From the NCBI GenBank assembly GCA_963790205.1, contig CAWBNQ010000001.1, positions 448,001-512,000 on the forward strand: a stretch of DNA of 64,000 nucleotides, in the 5' to 3' direction. The notes under the pieces were generated by a model that saw nothing but the letters and a program-made list of their open reading frames with translations, was not told the DNA's origin and did no database searches. This stretch comes from Nitrospirota bacterium (lineage in GTDB: Bacteria; Nitrospirota; UBA9217). Positions 30,363 through 40,279 of the stretch are shown here, one piece after another (positions within the stretch are counted from its first letter, which is position 1; the number at the start of each line of letters is the position of its first letter). The translations under genes were made by a program, and so were the position numbers.

Positions 30363-31238
30363 TTATTTCAGCTGGGCTGCCACTTCCTCTGCAAAGTTTT
30401 CCTTCTTTTTTTCTATCCCCTCGCCGAGCTGATACCGGACAAAACGGATCACCGCGGCGTTTCCGCTTTTCGTCAGGAGGTCCTTGATCTTAAGCTTGCC
30501 GTCGGGATCCTTGATATACACCTGGTCCATGAGGCAGGTGTCGCCGTAGTACTTCTCGATCTTGCCATCCACCATCTTGCCGATGATGGCAGCAGGCTTG
30601 CCCGATTCCTTGGCCTGAGCTTCGTACACCGCACGCTCGCGCGCCAGGGCGTCGGCGGGCACGGTCTCCCGCGAAAGAAAGAGGGGATTCGCTGCAGCGA
30701 TGTGCATCGCAATGTCCTTGCCGAGCTGACCGTCGCCGCCTGTGTAGTCCACCATGACGCCGATGCGGGTACCGTGCAAATAAATAGCGAGTTTGCCGTT
30801 GGTCTGAAAACGCGTGAAACGGCGAATCGCGATGTTCTCGCCGATCTTTTGCACGAGTGCCTGGCGCCTAGTCTCGACGTTCTCTCCGTTTAGGGCAAAC
30901 TGGGAGAGCGCAGCAACGTCAGCCGGGTTATGGGCGGCCACGAGCTCCGCAATCCCCTTGGCGAAGTTTTGGAACTCCTCGTTCTTCGCAACAAAATCCG
31001 TTTCGCTGTTCACCTCGGTCAGTACGCCTATATTGCCGCTTGTCGTAGAGATGATGATCCCTTCTGCTGCCACGCGGGTAGCCTTCTTTGCTGCTGTAGA
31101 GAGGCCTTTGGTCCTCAGAATATCAACGGCCTTTTCGAGGTCACCGCCTGCTTCTTCAAGCGCCTTTTTTGCATCCATCATGCCGGCGCCGGTTTTTTCG
31201 CGCAAGTCCTTCACTGCAGCTGCTGTTATTGTTGCCAT
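30363..31238 (-). CDS. tsf: Elongation factor Ts
   Basis: LREKTGAGMMDAKKAL and EVNSETDFVA. Confidence 0.97.
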   Translation of the reverse strand: MATITAAAVKDLREKTGAGMMDAKKALEEAGGDLEKAVDILRTKGLSTAAKKATRVAAEGIIISTTSGNIGVLTEVNSETDFVAKNEEFQNFAKGIAELVAAHNPADVAALSQFALNGENVETRRQALVQKIGENIAIRRFTRFQTNGKLAIYLHGTRIGVMVDYTGGDGQLGKDIAMHIAAANPLFLSRETVPADALARERAVYEAQAKESGKPAAIIGKMVDGKIEKYYGDTCLMDQVYIKDPDGKLKIKDLLTKSGNAAVIRFVRYQLGEGIEKKKENFAEEVAAQLK

Positions 31239-31282
31239 TGGACAAAAACCCCCTTCTGTGTATTCTTTTCGTAACGGGTGCC

Positions 31283-32095
31283 TTATTCCTCGACAGCGTC
31301 GACAGCGTCAATGTCGGCTGCGGTTTCCTCGAGCGCCTCAGCCGGCAGCTCCGATGCCTGGACGGCTCCGGCTGCCTTTGCAGCCTCCGCGGCCGCTCCC
31401 GCTTCCTTGGCGATGGCCTGTCTTCCTTCGATGACGGCATCGGCGATCTTGGAAGCCATCAGGCGGATGGCGCGGATCGCATCGTCGTTGCCTGGAATGA
31501 CATAGTCAATGTTGTCGGGATCGCAGTTGGTATCCACGACGGCAACTACTTTAATGCCCAGCTTGTTCGCTTCATGCACGGCAATTGCTTCCTTGCGGGG
31601 ATCAATGATGAAGATTACTGACGGCGGTTCGGCCATGGTCTTGATGCCTGAAAGGATCTTTTCCAGCTTCGTGCGTTCCTTTTCCAGGCCGGCCACTTCC
31701 TTCTTGGTGAGCTTATCGTAGGTGCCGTCTTCCTTCATTTTTTCGATCTTCTTGAGACGGTCGATGCTCTTCTTGATAGTCGTGTAGTTCGTCAGCATGC
31801 CGCCAAGCCAGCGGCTGGAGACGTAGTACATGTTGCAACGCTTTGCTTCTTCGGTAATGGCATCCTGAGCCTGCTTTTTGGTGCCAACGAAAAGGATGTC
31901 CTTCCCTTCGGAAGCTGATGTGCGAACGAACTCGTAGGCTTCCTTGAAAAGTTTGAGCGTTTTTTGGAGATCGATGATGTAGATCCCGTTGCGCTCACCG
32001 AAGATGTACTTTTTCATTTTAGGGTTCCATCGTTTAGCCTGGTGACCGAAATGAACCCCTGCTTCCAACAACTCCTTCATCGTGATTGCGGACAT
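31283..32095 (-). CDS. rpsB: 30S ribosomal protein S2
   Basis: [18 protein letters not shown] and PGNDDAIR. Confidence 0.98.
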   Translation of the reverse strand: MSAITMKELLEAGVHFGHQAKRWNPKMKKYIFGERNGIYIIDLQKTLKLFKEAYEFVRTSASEGKDILFVGTKKQAQDAITEEAKRCNMYYVSSRWLGGMLTNYTTIKKSIDRLKKIEKMKEDGTYDKLTKKEVAGLEKERTKLEKILSGIKTMAEPPSVIFIIDPRKEAIAVHEANKLGIKVVAVVDTNCDPDNIDYVIPGNDDAIRAIRLMASKIADAVIEGRQAIAKEAGAAAEAAKAAGAVQASELPAEALEETAADIDAVDAVEE

Positions 32096-32104
32096 AGTGT
32101 CCTC

Positions 32105-32192
32105 CCTTTAGTTTTTACCTCCGCGCCGATCTTCCCCCGGCAGATCCCGCTGTTAAACGAGACACCCTGCCGTGAGTCCTGGCGCGTGTGGA
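32105..32192 (-). promoter_or_regulatory. rpsB 5' leader (S2 autoregulatory RNA)
   Basis: CACACGCGCC...GGGTG...GGCGCGGAGG structure directly upstream of rpsB. Confidence 0.6.
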
Positions 32193-32387
32193 ATATGCCT
32201 TTTAAAAAGGCGACCCTTAAAATAACATATGTTTAGGTCTTTTTCAAGAAAAATTTCACAAATCATTATTTTAATGTACTGTGGATCCCCCAGCATATTC
32301 TTTTGCATTCCTAAAAATTATTCCGTGTAATTCTCACCTATGCAAAAAAACCATCACATAATATTCATAAAATCAACCATTTACGTT

Positions 32388-32404
32388 CTGGCATGCTTGA
32401 TGCA
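32388..32404 (+). promoter_or_regulatory. Sigma-54 promoter
   Basis: CTGGCATGCTTGATGCA (GG-N10-GC), 40 bp before the ATG at 32445. Confidence 0.75.
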
Positions 32405-32444
32405 ATTTATCAGGTCAAAAGCAGGACAAAAGGAGGAAACGACC

Positions 32445-32762
32445 ATGAAGACCACACTCTCAAGAAAGACAGCATACATAGGGGCTGGCGCAGGACTGGT
32501 GCTTTTCGCTATTTTCGGTCTTTTACCGGGAAGTCTCCTGGGAGGCGCCGCGGGCATCAGTATCGCCGGCTGGCTTTTCGGCCTGCCGCTTGATCCGGGG
32601 CTTCTCTCCCGGACCATCGTCCTGATATCCATGCTCATCGGCGTGCTCGTTGCGGGCATCGTGATCGTGACGGCATCGACCACCGTGGGCTGGCTCGCGG
32701 GCAAGGTGCTGGAGCCGAGAGCGCATGCCGGGGAACGTGCGGAAGAGGCTGCACATCGGTAA
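32445..32762 (+). CDS. Gly-rich small membrane protein, paralog 1
   Basis: RBS AGGAGG; hydrophobic GxxxG-rich 105 aa; similar to the next gene. Confidence 0.75.
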   Translation: MKTTLSRKTAYIGAGAGLVLFAIFGLLPGSLLGGAAGISIAGWLFGLPLDPGLLSRTIVLISMLIGVLVAGIVIVTASTTVGWLAGKVLEPRAHAGERAEEAAHR

Positions 32763-32816
32763 CAAGGGGATAAAATCGGGTCAAAAAATATAATCTAGTA
32801 TTGAAAGGAGATTTAT

Positions 32817-33134
32817 ATGAAGAACGAGACGGTAAAAGCGGGAATGAAGATCGGGGCGAGCATCGGCGGGCTGGTGTTTCTGGCACTGGGGATCGTGCCG
32901 GGGTTCTACTTCGGGAGCTACGGGACCTTGATCCTGCTCCAGAAGCTTTCGGGCGGCGCGGTTGAGCCGACGCTGTTTGTGCGGGCGGCGGTGGTGATGG
33001 GCATCGCGGTGGGGATCGCCTGCGCGGCCGCGGTGAGCATCGTGGTGGGCGGCCTTCTGGGCACGGTCATGGGTTTCGTGGTCTCAGCCCCGGCGGCGAT
33101 GCGCGAGAAGAAGGAAGCGGAAGTCAAGGCGTAA
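32817..33134 (+). CDS. Gly-rich small membrane protein, paralog 2
   Basis: RBS AAGGAG; hydrophobic 105 aa that aligns with the previous gene. Confidence 0.75.
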   Translation: MKNETVKAGMKIGASIGGLVFLALGIVPGFYFGSYGTLILLQKLSGGAVEPTLFVRAAVVMGIAVGIACAAAVSIVVGGLLGTVMGFVVSAPAAMREKKEAEVKA

Positions 33135-33195
33135 GCCGAATGCGGATTGCGGGATTAAAACCTTATAGAAACTGCATGGGAATTCAGGGTTCCAC

Positions 33196-33229
33196 AAGCA
33201 AGGGCGGTGAGAAATCACCGCCCTTGCTT
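33196..33229 (+). terminator. Strong hairpin / intrinsic terminator
   Basis: aagcaagggcggtga-gaaa-tcaccgcccttgctt. Confidence 0.75.
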
Positions 33230-33471
33230 ATTACAAAAAAATGCAATTACTTGTCCTTTATAAACTACATAAACTACACACCTCCTTTTATCATAATATA
33301 AACACGAATAACTAATTGATACTTAATACTTTTTTGTCACTTCTGCCCGTGGCTGGCCCCCAAACCTTTAATTTTAGTCGGAGTTTTTACAAAAACGCTT
33401 GACAAAAAAGATGAAATTGTTTATATTCGCCTTTCTTGTAAAAAATTATTTAGAACAAGGCGGGCATTATT

Positions 33472-33904
33472 ATGGGAACCTATTCGGCAAAACAAGAGGA
33501 TATAAAAAGGAGCTGGCATATAGTCGACGCAAATGGCAAGACCCTCGGCAGGCTTGCTTCTGCTGTGGCGTCAGTGCTCAAAGGCAAGACCAAGCCTATC
33601 TATACCACCCATGTGGACACCGGCGATTTCGTTATTGTCGTGAACGCGGACAAGATCCACCTGACGGGTAAAAAGCTCGATCAACAAAATGTACTACAGT
33701 CATTCGGGATACCCCGGGGGGCTCAAAACCATCACTGCGGGCAAGCTGATGAAGACCAACCCCGAAGAGGTGATCAAGATGGCGGTTGAAGGCATGCTGC
33801 CGAAGACCAGGCTGGGCAAGCAGATGCTGAGCAAGCTCAAGGTGTACGCGGGAGATCAGCATCCGCACGCTGCGCAGCAGCCCGCAGAAATGAAAGTTAA
33901 ATAA
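33472..33904 (+). CDS. rplM: 50S ribosomal protein L13 (+1 frameshift near 33685, probable sequence error)
   Basis: WHIVDA..LGRLAS...[11 protein letters not shown] in one frame and [12 protein letters not shown]...GMLPK...HPHAAQ in the next. Confidence 0.93.
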
Positions 33905-33940
33905 CAAGGTGAGTGGTAAGGGATACCTGAGGAGGATTTG

Positions 33941-34342
33941 ATGGCAGCGGCGACAGTTTCCAGATATTACGCAACCGGAAAAAGAAAAAATTCCATTGCA
34001 AGGGTGTGGATGATGCCCGGCAGCGGCAAGGTCACCATTAACGACAAGCCCATGGAGCAGTATTTCGGCAGGGATGTTCTTAAGATGATCATTCGTCAGC
34101 CTTTCGAGGTCACGGGTACGCTGGACAAGTTCGACGTTCTCGTTAGCGTGCTCGGCGGCGGCAACTCGGGCCAGGCAGGGGCCATCAGGCACGGTATATC
34201 AAAGGCGCTCCTTGCCGTGGATGCCGAATCACGGGGCAAGCTGCGCAAGGAAGGACTCCTGACACGCGATCCCAGAGCCAAGGAGCGAAAAAAGTATGGG
34301 CAGAAGGGCGCGCGGGCACGGTTCCAGTTCTCGAAGAGATAA
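33941..34342 (+). CDS. rpsI: 30S ribosomal protein S9
   Basis: [25 protein letters not shown] and QFSKR C-terminus. Confidence 0.98.
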   Translation: MAAATVSRYYATGKRKNSIARVWMMPGSGKVTINDKPMEQYFGRDVLKMIIRQPFEVTGTLDKFDVLVSVLGGGNSGQAGAIRHGISKALLAVDAESRGKLRKEGLLTRDPRAKERKKYGQKGARARFQFSKR

Positions 34343-34392
34343 GGGATCATATACCTATTATTCTGTGTTCCACTTGTGTTGCAGATCCTGTT

Positions 34393-34431
34393 AATAAAAA
34401 GGGAAGGTAGAGATGCCTTCCCTTTTATTTT
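34393..34431 (+). terminator. Intrinsic terminator after rpsI
   Basis: aataaaaagggaaggt-agag-atgccttcccttttattt. Confidence 0.7.
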
Positions 34432-34465
34432 GCTCAATGCTCCCGAAGTTGAGAGGGAAGCGTGA

Positions 34466-35528
34466 ATGCCGGACATGAGTAATGTAAGACTGAAAATAGC
34501 GATTGTCGGTTCGAGCGGTTATGCCGGCGGCGAGCTGTTCAGAATATTGCTTCACCATCCGCAGGCGATGGTTACTGCCGTGACGTCTGAGAAGTCAGCG
34601 GGCAAGCCGATTACTGATATTTTCCCGCATCTGGCAGGGCTCACTGACCTTATCTGCGAGCCGCTTGATCCGGAGGCGATTGCAAAAAAGGCGGACTTCA
34701 TCTTTCTGGCGCTTCCCCATGTGACTGCGCAGGAGGCGGCCTTCCGGCTTCACACGCTTGGCAAAAAAGTGGTGGATCTTTCGGCCGACTACCGGCTTGC
34801 CGATGCGGCCTTGTACGAAACGTGGTACGAGCATTGTCACCAGTACCCTGATCTTCTCAGGACCGCTGTTTACGGCCTGCCCGAACTGCACCGGGAAAAG
34901 ATAAAACGGGCATCGCTCATCGCGAACCCCGGATGTTACCCCACGAGTGCGATCCTCGGACTTGCGCCGCTCCTGAAAAAAGGCATCGTCGACCTCCAGA
35001 GCATTATTATCGACTCCAAATCGGGAGTGTCAGGCGCAGGAAGAAGTCCCTCGCTTGCGCACCACTTTCCGGAAGTGAATGAAGGTTTGATGGCTTACAA
35101 GATCGGAAGCCATCGGCATACGCCCGAGATCGAGCAGGAGTTATCAATCTTGGCTGGCAGACAGGTCACTGTTTCGTTCACGCCGCATCTCATCCCGATG
35201 AATCGCGGCATTCTGACTACTCTATACGCCCGCTTTTCCCACGAAACGAACGCAATGCAGCTCCACGCGCTCTACGAGGAATTTTACAAGCAGGAGCCAT
35301 TCGTGCGGCTTCTTCCGCCCGGCCGGTTCCCGAATGTCCGGAACGTGCAGGGTTCGAATTTCTGCGATATCGGTGTTTATGCCGACCCGCGCACGGGGCG
35401 CGCTGTCGTGGTTACGGCCATCGACAATCTTGGTAAAAGGCGCCTCGGGCCAGGCGATCCAGAATATGAACCTGATGATGGGGTTTAATGAAACCGAGGG
35501 GCTGAAATTCGCGGGACTGTTCCCGTGA
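34466..35528 (+). CDS. argC: N-acetyl-gamma-glutamyl-phosphate reductase (+1 frameshift near 35430, probable sequence error)
   Basis: [22 protein letters not shown] and [22 protein letters not shown] is split across frames. Confidence 0.93.
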
Positions 35529-35562
35529 TGGTATCCAAATTACTACTGACAGGGGTAGAATA

Positions 35563-36768
35563 ATGAGGATTCTGGACACAAGAAATTTTTCCGTGACCGG
35601 GTTTAAGGTCTGGGGCATCCACTGCGGCATTAAGAAGACCGATAAGAAAGACCTTGCGATCATCTCATCCGACCGCGAGGCTGCGGTAGCAGGTGTGTTT
35701 ACGAAGAACAGGGTGAAGGCCGCCTGTGTGCTTCTTGACGCAACGCGGGCGAAATCAGGCAAAGGGCAGGTGATTGTTGCTAATAGCGGTTGTGCCAATG
35801 CCTGTACCGGGAAGCGCGGTATGGCCGATGCGCGTGCAACGGCCGAGATCGCGGCCCGGGAGTTCGGTGTCAAGCCTGATGCGGTGTACATGGCATCGAC
35901 GGGCGTGATCGGCGAGTTTTTGCCGATGTCGAAAGTTGAAACGGGCATCAAGACAGCCGCAGGGCTTTTGTCCTCCACCGGCTGGGAACAGGCGGCAGAG
36001 GCCATCATGACAACGGACATTTACCCTAAACTCTCCGTCGTGCAGGAGGAGATCGGCGGCAAGACTGTCACGATCGCCGGGATAGCCAAGGGATCGGGCA
36101 TGATACACCCGAATCTTGCGACCATGCTTTGCTTTATCGCGACCGATGCAAACATCTCGGCGCCCATGCTCAAGAACGCCCTGTTCACGTCAACGGATAG
36201 GTCTTTCAACAACATTACGGTGGACGGCGACACGAGCACGAACGATATGATTCTCTGTATGGCAAACGGCGCCGCGGGGAACAAAAGGCCCGCCGCCGGC
36301 GGCAAGGACCAAAAAAAGTTTCAGGCGTGCCTGGACGCAGTAGCGCGCTCCCTTGCCAAGCAGGTGGTTCGAGACGGCGAAGGTGCCACGAAATTCGTTG
36401 AGATAGAGGTGCGGAACGCAAAGAACCCTGTTGAGGCAAAACGCGCGGCCGTGACCGTGGCCAAATCCAGCCTCGTCAAAACCGCGCTCTTCGGCGAAGA
36501 TGCCAACTGGGGCAGGATCATGGCAACCCTCGGCTATGCCGGCGTAGAGATGGACGAGTCTAAGACCGATATTTACTTCGGCAAAGCCAAACTCGTTGAG
36601 AAGGGCCTTGGCCAGGGCAAGACCGCTGAGCGCGACGCCACGCTCGCTCTCAAACAGCGCGAAGTGCAGATCGCCATCGATCTCCATAAGGGCAAGGGCA
36701 ACGCCACGGTCTGGACCTGCGATATGTCTTGCGAATATATCAAGATCAACGCCGCCTACCGGAGCTGA
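35563..36768 (+). CDS. argJ: Bifunctional glutamate N-acetyltransferase / ornithine acetyltransferase
   Basis: NSGCANACTG, KGSGMIHPNLATML, DGDTSTND and DGEGATK. Confidence 0.96.
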   Translation: MRILDTRNFSVTGFKVWGIHCGIKKTDKKDLAIISSDREAAVAGVFTKNRVKAACVLLDATRAKSGKGQVIVANSGCANACTGKRGMADARATAEIAAREFGVKPDAVYMASTGVIGEFLPMSKVETGIKTAAGLLSSTGWEQAAEAIMTTDIYPKLSVVQEEIGGKTVTIAGIAKGSGMIHPNLATMLCFIATDANISAPMLKNALFTSTDRSFNNITVDGDTSTNDMILCMANGAAGNKRPAAGGKDQKKFQACLDAVARSLAKQVVRDGEGATKFVEIEVRNAKNPVEAKRAAVTVAKSSLVKTALFGEDANWGRIMATLGYAGVEMDESKTDIYFGKAKLVEKGLGQGKTAERDATLALKQREVQIAIDLHKGKGNATVWTCDMSCEYIKINAAYRS

Positions 36769-37007
36769 TGACTCCTATCCTCCGTACCTATACTTACCGG
36801 CTTCGGCAGCGAAAGGAATTGAAAGTTTAGCATAAATTTCACTTGACATTCATCGGTGGAGTCGTTAATTTAAATGATTATGCCGCTTTTGCCGCACAGA
36901 AGCGGTTTTACTGTTTTTTCTTAACGACCAGCCATTAGCTTCACGTGCTGTGCAATAATTAAAAAACATTAATTTACAATAATATACATGGGAGGGGGGT
37001 GTCGCGG

Positions 37008-37208
37008 TTGCCCAGCATCAGATTACGTGATAACGAGCCTTTTGAGGTCGCACTCCGGAGATTTAAAAAGAGCATAGAAAAAGAAGGCGTGCTTTCTGAG
37101 GTAAAAAAAAGAGAGCATTACGAAAAACCGAGCGTAAAGCGCAAGAAAAAAGCGCTGGCTGCAAGAAAAAAAGCCGCCAAAACAGCACGTATTTTCAGGC
37201 AGAACTAA
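37008..37208 (+). CDS. rpsU: 30S ribosomal protein S21
   Basis: [12 protein letters not shown]...[12 protein letters not shown]. Confidence 0.95.
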   Translation: MPSIRLRDNEPFEVALRRFKKSIEKEGVLSEVKKREHYEKPSVKRKKKALAARKKAAKTARIFRQN

Positions 37209-37284
37209 GATAGAACCATGGATTTTGTTTGCAGCGGCATGAATGCGACAGAAGTCGCCAAGCTATCGCGAGGAGAGGAACGAA

Positions 37285-37728
37285 ATGGGATTGCGGGAGA
37301 AGATTGATGCTGATACGAAAGAGGCCCTCAAGTCCGGCGCAAAAGATAAGCTCTCTACCCTGCGGATGCTGAATGCCGCCTTGAAGAACAAACAGATCGA
37401 CAAGCGGAGTTCGCTCACTGAAGAAGAGGTATTCGAGACCGTACGCTCGCTCATCAAGCAGCGCAGGGACTCGATCGAGCAGTTCGGCAAAGGAGGCCGA
37501 CAGGATCTCGTGGACAAAGAGACCGCAGAAGTCGCGGTGCTCGAGGTCTATCTTCCTCAGCAGTTGTCCCGCGAAGAGCTCGAAGCCATGGTTCGGGACG
37601 CCGTTGCACAGACCGGTGCACAGGGCGCCAGGGATATGGGCAAGGTCATGAAGGCGCTCATTCCGATGGTGGGTGGACGGGCGGACGGCAAACTCGTAAG
37701 CGAACTGGTGAAAAATGCGTTGGGGTAA
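37285..37728 (+). CDS. GatB/YqeY domain protein
   Basis: KQRRDSIEQF..GGRQDL, YLPQQLS and DMGKVM; follows rpsU. Confidence 0.93.
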   Translation: MGLREKIDADTKEALKSGAKDKLSTLRMLNAALKNKQIDKRSSLTEEEVFETVRSLIKQRRDSIEQFGKGGRQDLVDKETAEVAVLEVYLPQQLSREELEAMVRDAVAQTGAQGARDMGKVMKALIPMVGGRADGKLVSELVKNALG

Positions 37729-37890
37729 CGACTTGTTTCAGGAGAGGGACGAGAGGTTACCTAACTAATAGGCTGAACAGGGGGCCATGAAGACCAGGGC
37801 CCCCTGATTTTTTTGGGAGTTGCTTCTGTCATGCCACAAGTGCCGGAGAGCTCAGGATTTAAGCACAGCAGGCGGCAGGCCTGATGCCGT

Positions 37891-40278
37891 ATGAATGAAC
37901 ATACCCTGAGGGTCCTGGAATACGACAAGGTAAAGAGTATCATTGCCGCTTATGCCGCGTCGGAAGCAGGCAGGGCGACCGTGGCCATGCTTTATCCAGC
38001 AGAGGATGTACCGACGGTTGAAACACTTCTCAGGGAAACCAGAGAGTGTACCCTCATTCTCCAAAGCGGAGAGGGCCCGCCGCTCGACGGAATTCCGGAC
38101 ATCAGGCAGGCAGTCGAGAAACTCGGCGTCACCGGCGCCATCCTTTCCCCTGCCGATCTTCTGAACACGGCAACAACGCTCGGCGCCGGGAGGCGCGTTA
38201 AAAGTTTTTTTCGACGCTTCGAAGGCAAGGGAACGCCGATCATGCCGGCAGCCCCGCTCTTGTGCGCTTTGGCTGCAGGCATTGAGCCGCTTAAACATAT
38301 CGAAGAGGCGGTCTTGGCCGCAATCGATGACAGGGCCGAAGTGAAGGATTCGGCCAGTCCTGTGCTCCGAAAGATCAGGAAGCAGGTCGCCAGGATGCGG
38401 GAAGACATCCTGGATCGCATGTCCGGCATCCTTCAGGACAGCGGCTTTCAGAAGGTCATCCAGGAGCCGGTCGTTACGATCCGCGACGACCGGTACGTGC
38501 TGCCGCTCAAGCCCAACTTCCGGACGAGCATTAAAGGTGTAGTGCACGGGCACTCAGGCTCGCGTGCCACGCTCTTTGTCGAGCCCCTCGATGTGCTGGA
38601 GCAGAACAACCGCCTCGCGGAGCTCCGCATGGAGGAGCGGGCGGAAGTTGAGCGTATTCTGCGGGAGCTGACGTCTCTTCTGTCTCAGAAGTCCCGCGGG
38701 ATTGAAGAGACCGTTTTCGTGCTCGCCAGGATCGATGCAATTTATGCGCGGGCGCGGTTCTGCATCGAGTACGGCGCCACTGTCCCGGAGATCTCACAGG
38801 GCCGGAACATAGGGCTTCGGGCAGCACGGCATCCGCTGCTGGTCGGGAAGTCTAAAGCCGCGGCGGATCATGCCGGCATAACACCGAACGATATCGTCCT
38901 CGAAGGTGATCTTCGAGCTTTGATTTTAAGCGGGCCGAACGCAGGCGGCAAGACGGTGATCCTGAAGACCATCGGGATCCTTTGTCTCATGGCGCAATCA
39001 GGGATGCCGATCACTGCCGCCGAGGGGAGCGAGCTCCCCTGTTTCGGCTCAATATTCGCCGACATCGGCGACGAACAGAGTCTTGAGCAGGATTTGAGCA
39101 CCTTTTCGTCGCACGTGAGCCAGATCGCCGAGATCCTCCGGCAGGCGGACAGAAATTCTCTCGTTCTTCTCGATGAACTGGGCTCGGGGACGGACCCGGG
39201 AGAGGGAGCGGGTTTGGGCGCAGCGGTACTCGAGAGTTTGATCGAGCGCGGCTGTTTCAGCGTGGTCACGACACACCATAATGCGCTCAAGCTTTTCGGA
39301 TCTCAAACGAGCGGCGCGGTGAACGCGGCCATGGAGTTCGATCCGCAGACACTCAAGCCCACGTACCGGTTGATGCCGGGCAGGCCGGGCAGGAGCTACG
39401 GGCTGGACATGGCGGCACGGCTCGGCGTTCCGGATGAGGTGGTTCGCAAGGCGCGAGCACGGCTCGATGAAGATGACGCGAGGCTCGATCAATTGCTCAA
39501 ACAGGTGGAAGAGAACTCCCGCCTGCTTGCATCAGAGAGGCAGGCCCTTGACGGAGCGCTCGTCGCAGCCCGGACCGAGCGAGGTGAGGCGGATGAAGCG
39601 CTCCGGTCTGCCAGGGAAGAAGCGCGAGCTGTAAGATCGAAGGCCAAGGCGGATGCGAAAGAGGTTCTGGCAACACTCAAGCAGAAGCTTCGGGAAATTT
39701 CCCGCGCATCATCGCTGGAGCAGGCAGAAATAAAAAAGGTAAGCGCTGAAGTCGAGGCGCTTGCAAGGAAGCTGGAACCCGACGCTTCCGGTGAACAGCC
39801 GGCTGCCGCGGCGTTCGTCCCGGATGTTCACGCGGGAGATACCGTTCGGGTTGCAAGGCTGAATAAGACCGGCCTCGTGCTCGCTGCGCATCGGGGCATG
39901 CTTGAGCTTGAGGTCGGCGGCAAGAAGATCAAGCTTTCAGCTGCTGAAGTGATGCCGGCAGAATCCGTACCGCGCCCCCAGGCGGCGGCAACAACATCCG
40001 GATGGGGTACCGAGCTTCACGAAGAAGACGGCGCGTCGGACCGGCTGAACCTTATCGGTTTTCGCGTTGCCGAAGGCTTGGCCGAGGTCGACCGGTTTAT
40101 CGACCGGGCGGGGCTCAGCGGTCTTTCGGCCGTAACCGTCATTCATGGTCTGGGGACCGGGGCGCTCAAGACCGCTGTGACGGACTTTTTGAAAAACCAT
40201 CCGCTGATCGCGTCTATCCGGCCCGGTGAACCGGCCGAGGGCGGCGCGGGAGTAACCGTGGCGGAGCTGAAAAGATAA
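37891..40278 (+). CDS. mutS2: Endonuclease MutS2
   Basis: GPNAGGKT, DIGDEQS, STFSSH, LLDELGSGTDP and C-terminal Smr domain (IHGLGTGAL). Confidence 0.95.
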   Translation: MNEHTLRVLEYDKVKSIIAAYAASEAGRATVAMLYPAEDVPTVETLLRETRECTLILQSGEGPPLDGIPDIRQAVEKLGVTGAILSPADLLNTATTLGAGRRVKSFFRRFEGKGTPIMPAAPLLCALAAGIEPLKHIEEAVLAAIDDRAEVKDSASPVLRKIRKQVARMREDILDRMSGILQDSGFQKVIQEPVVTIRDDRYVLPLKPNFRTSIKGVVHGHSGSRATLFVEPLDVLEQNNRLAELRMEERAEVERILRELTSLLSQKSRGIEETVFVLARIDAIYARARFCIEYGATVPEISQGRNIGLRAARHPLLVGKSKAAADHAGITPNDIVLEGDLRALILSGPNAGGKTVILKTIGILCLMAQSGMPITAAEGSELPCFGSIFADIGDEQSLEQDLSTFSSHVSQIAEILRQADRNSLVLLDELGSGTDPGEGAGLGAAVLESLIERGCFSVVTTHHNALKLFGSQTSGAVNAAMEFDPQTLKPTYRLMPGRPGRSYGLDMAARLGVPDEVVRKARARLDEDDARLDQLLKQVEENSRLLASERQALDGALVAARTERGEADEALRSAREEARAVRSKAKADAKEVLATLKQKLREISRASSLEQAEIKKVSAEVEALARKLEPDASGEQPAAAAFVPDVHAGDTVRVARLNKTGLVLAAHRGMLELEVGGKKIKLSAAEVMPAESVPRPQAAATTSGWGTELHEEDGASDRLNLIGFRVAEGLAEVDRFIDRAGLSGLSAVTVIHGLGTGALKTAVTDFLKNHPLIASIRPGEPAEGGAGVTVAELKR

Positions 40279-40279
40279 C

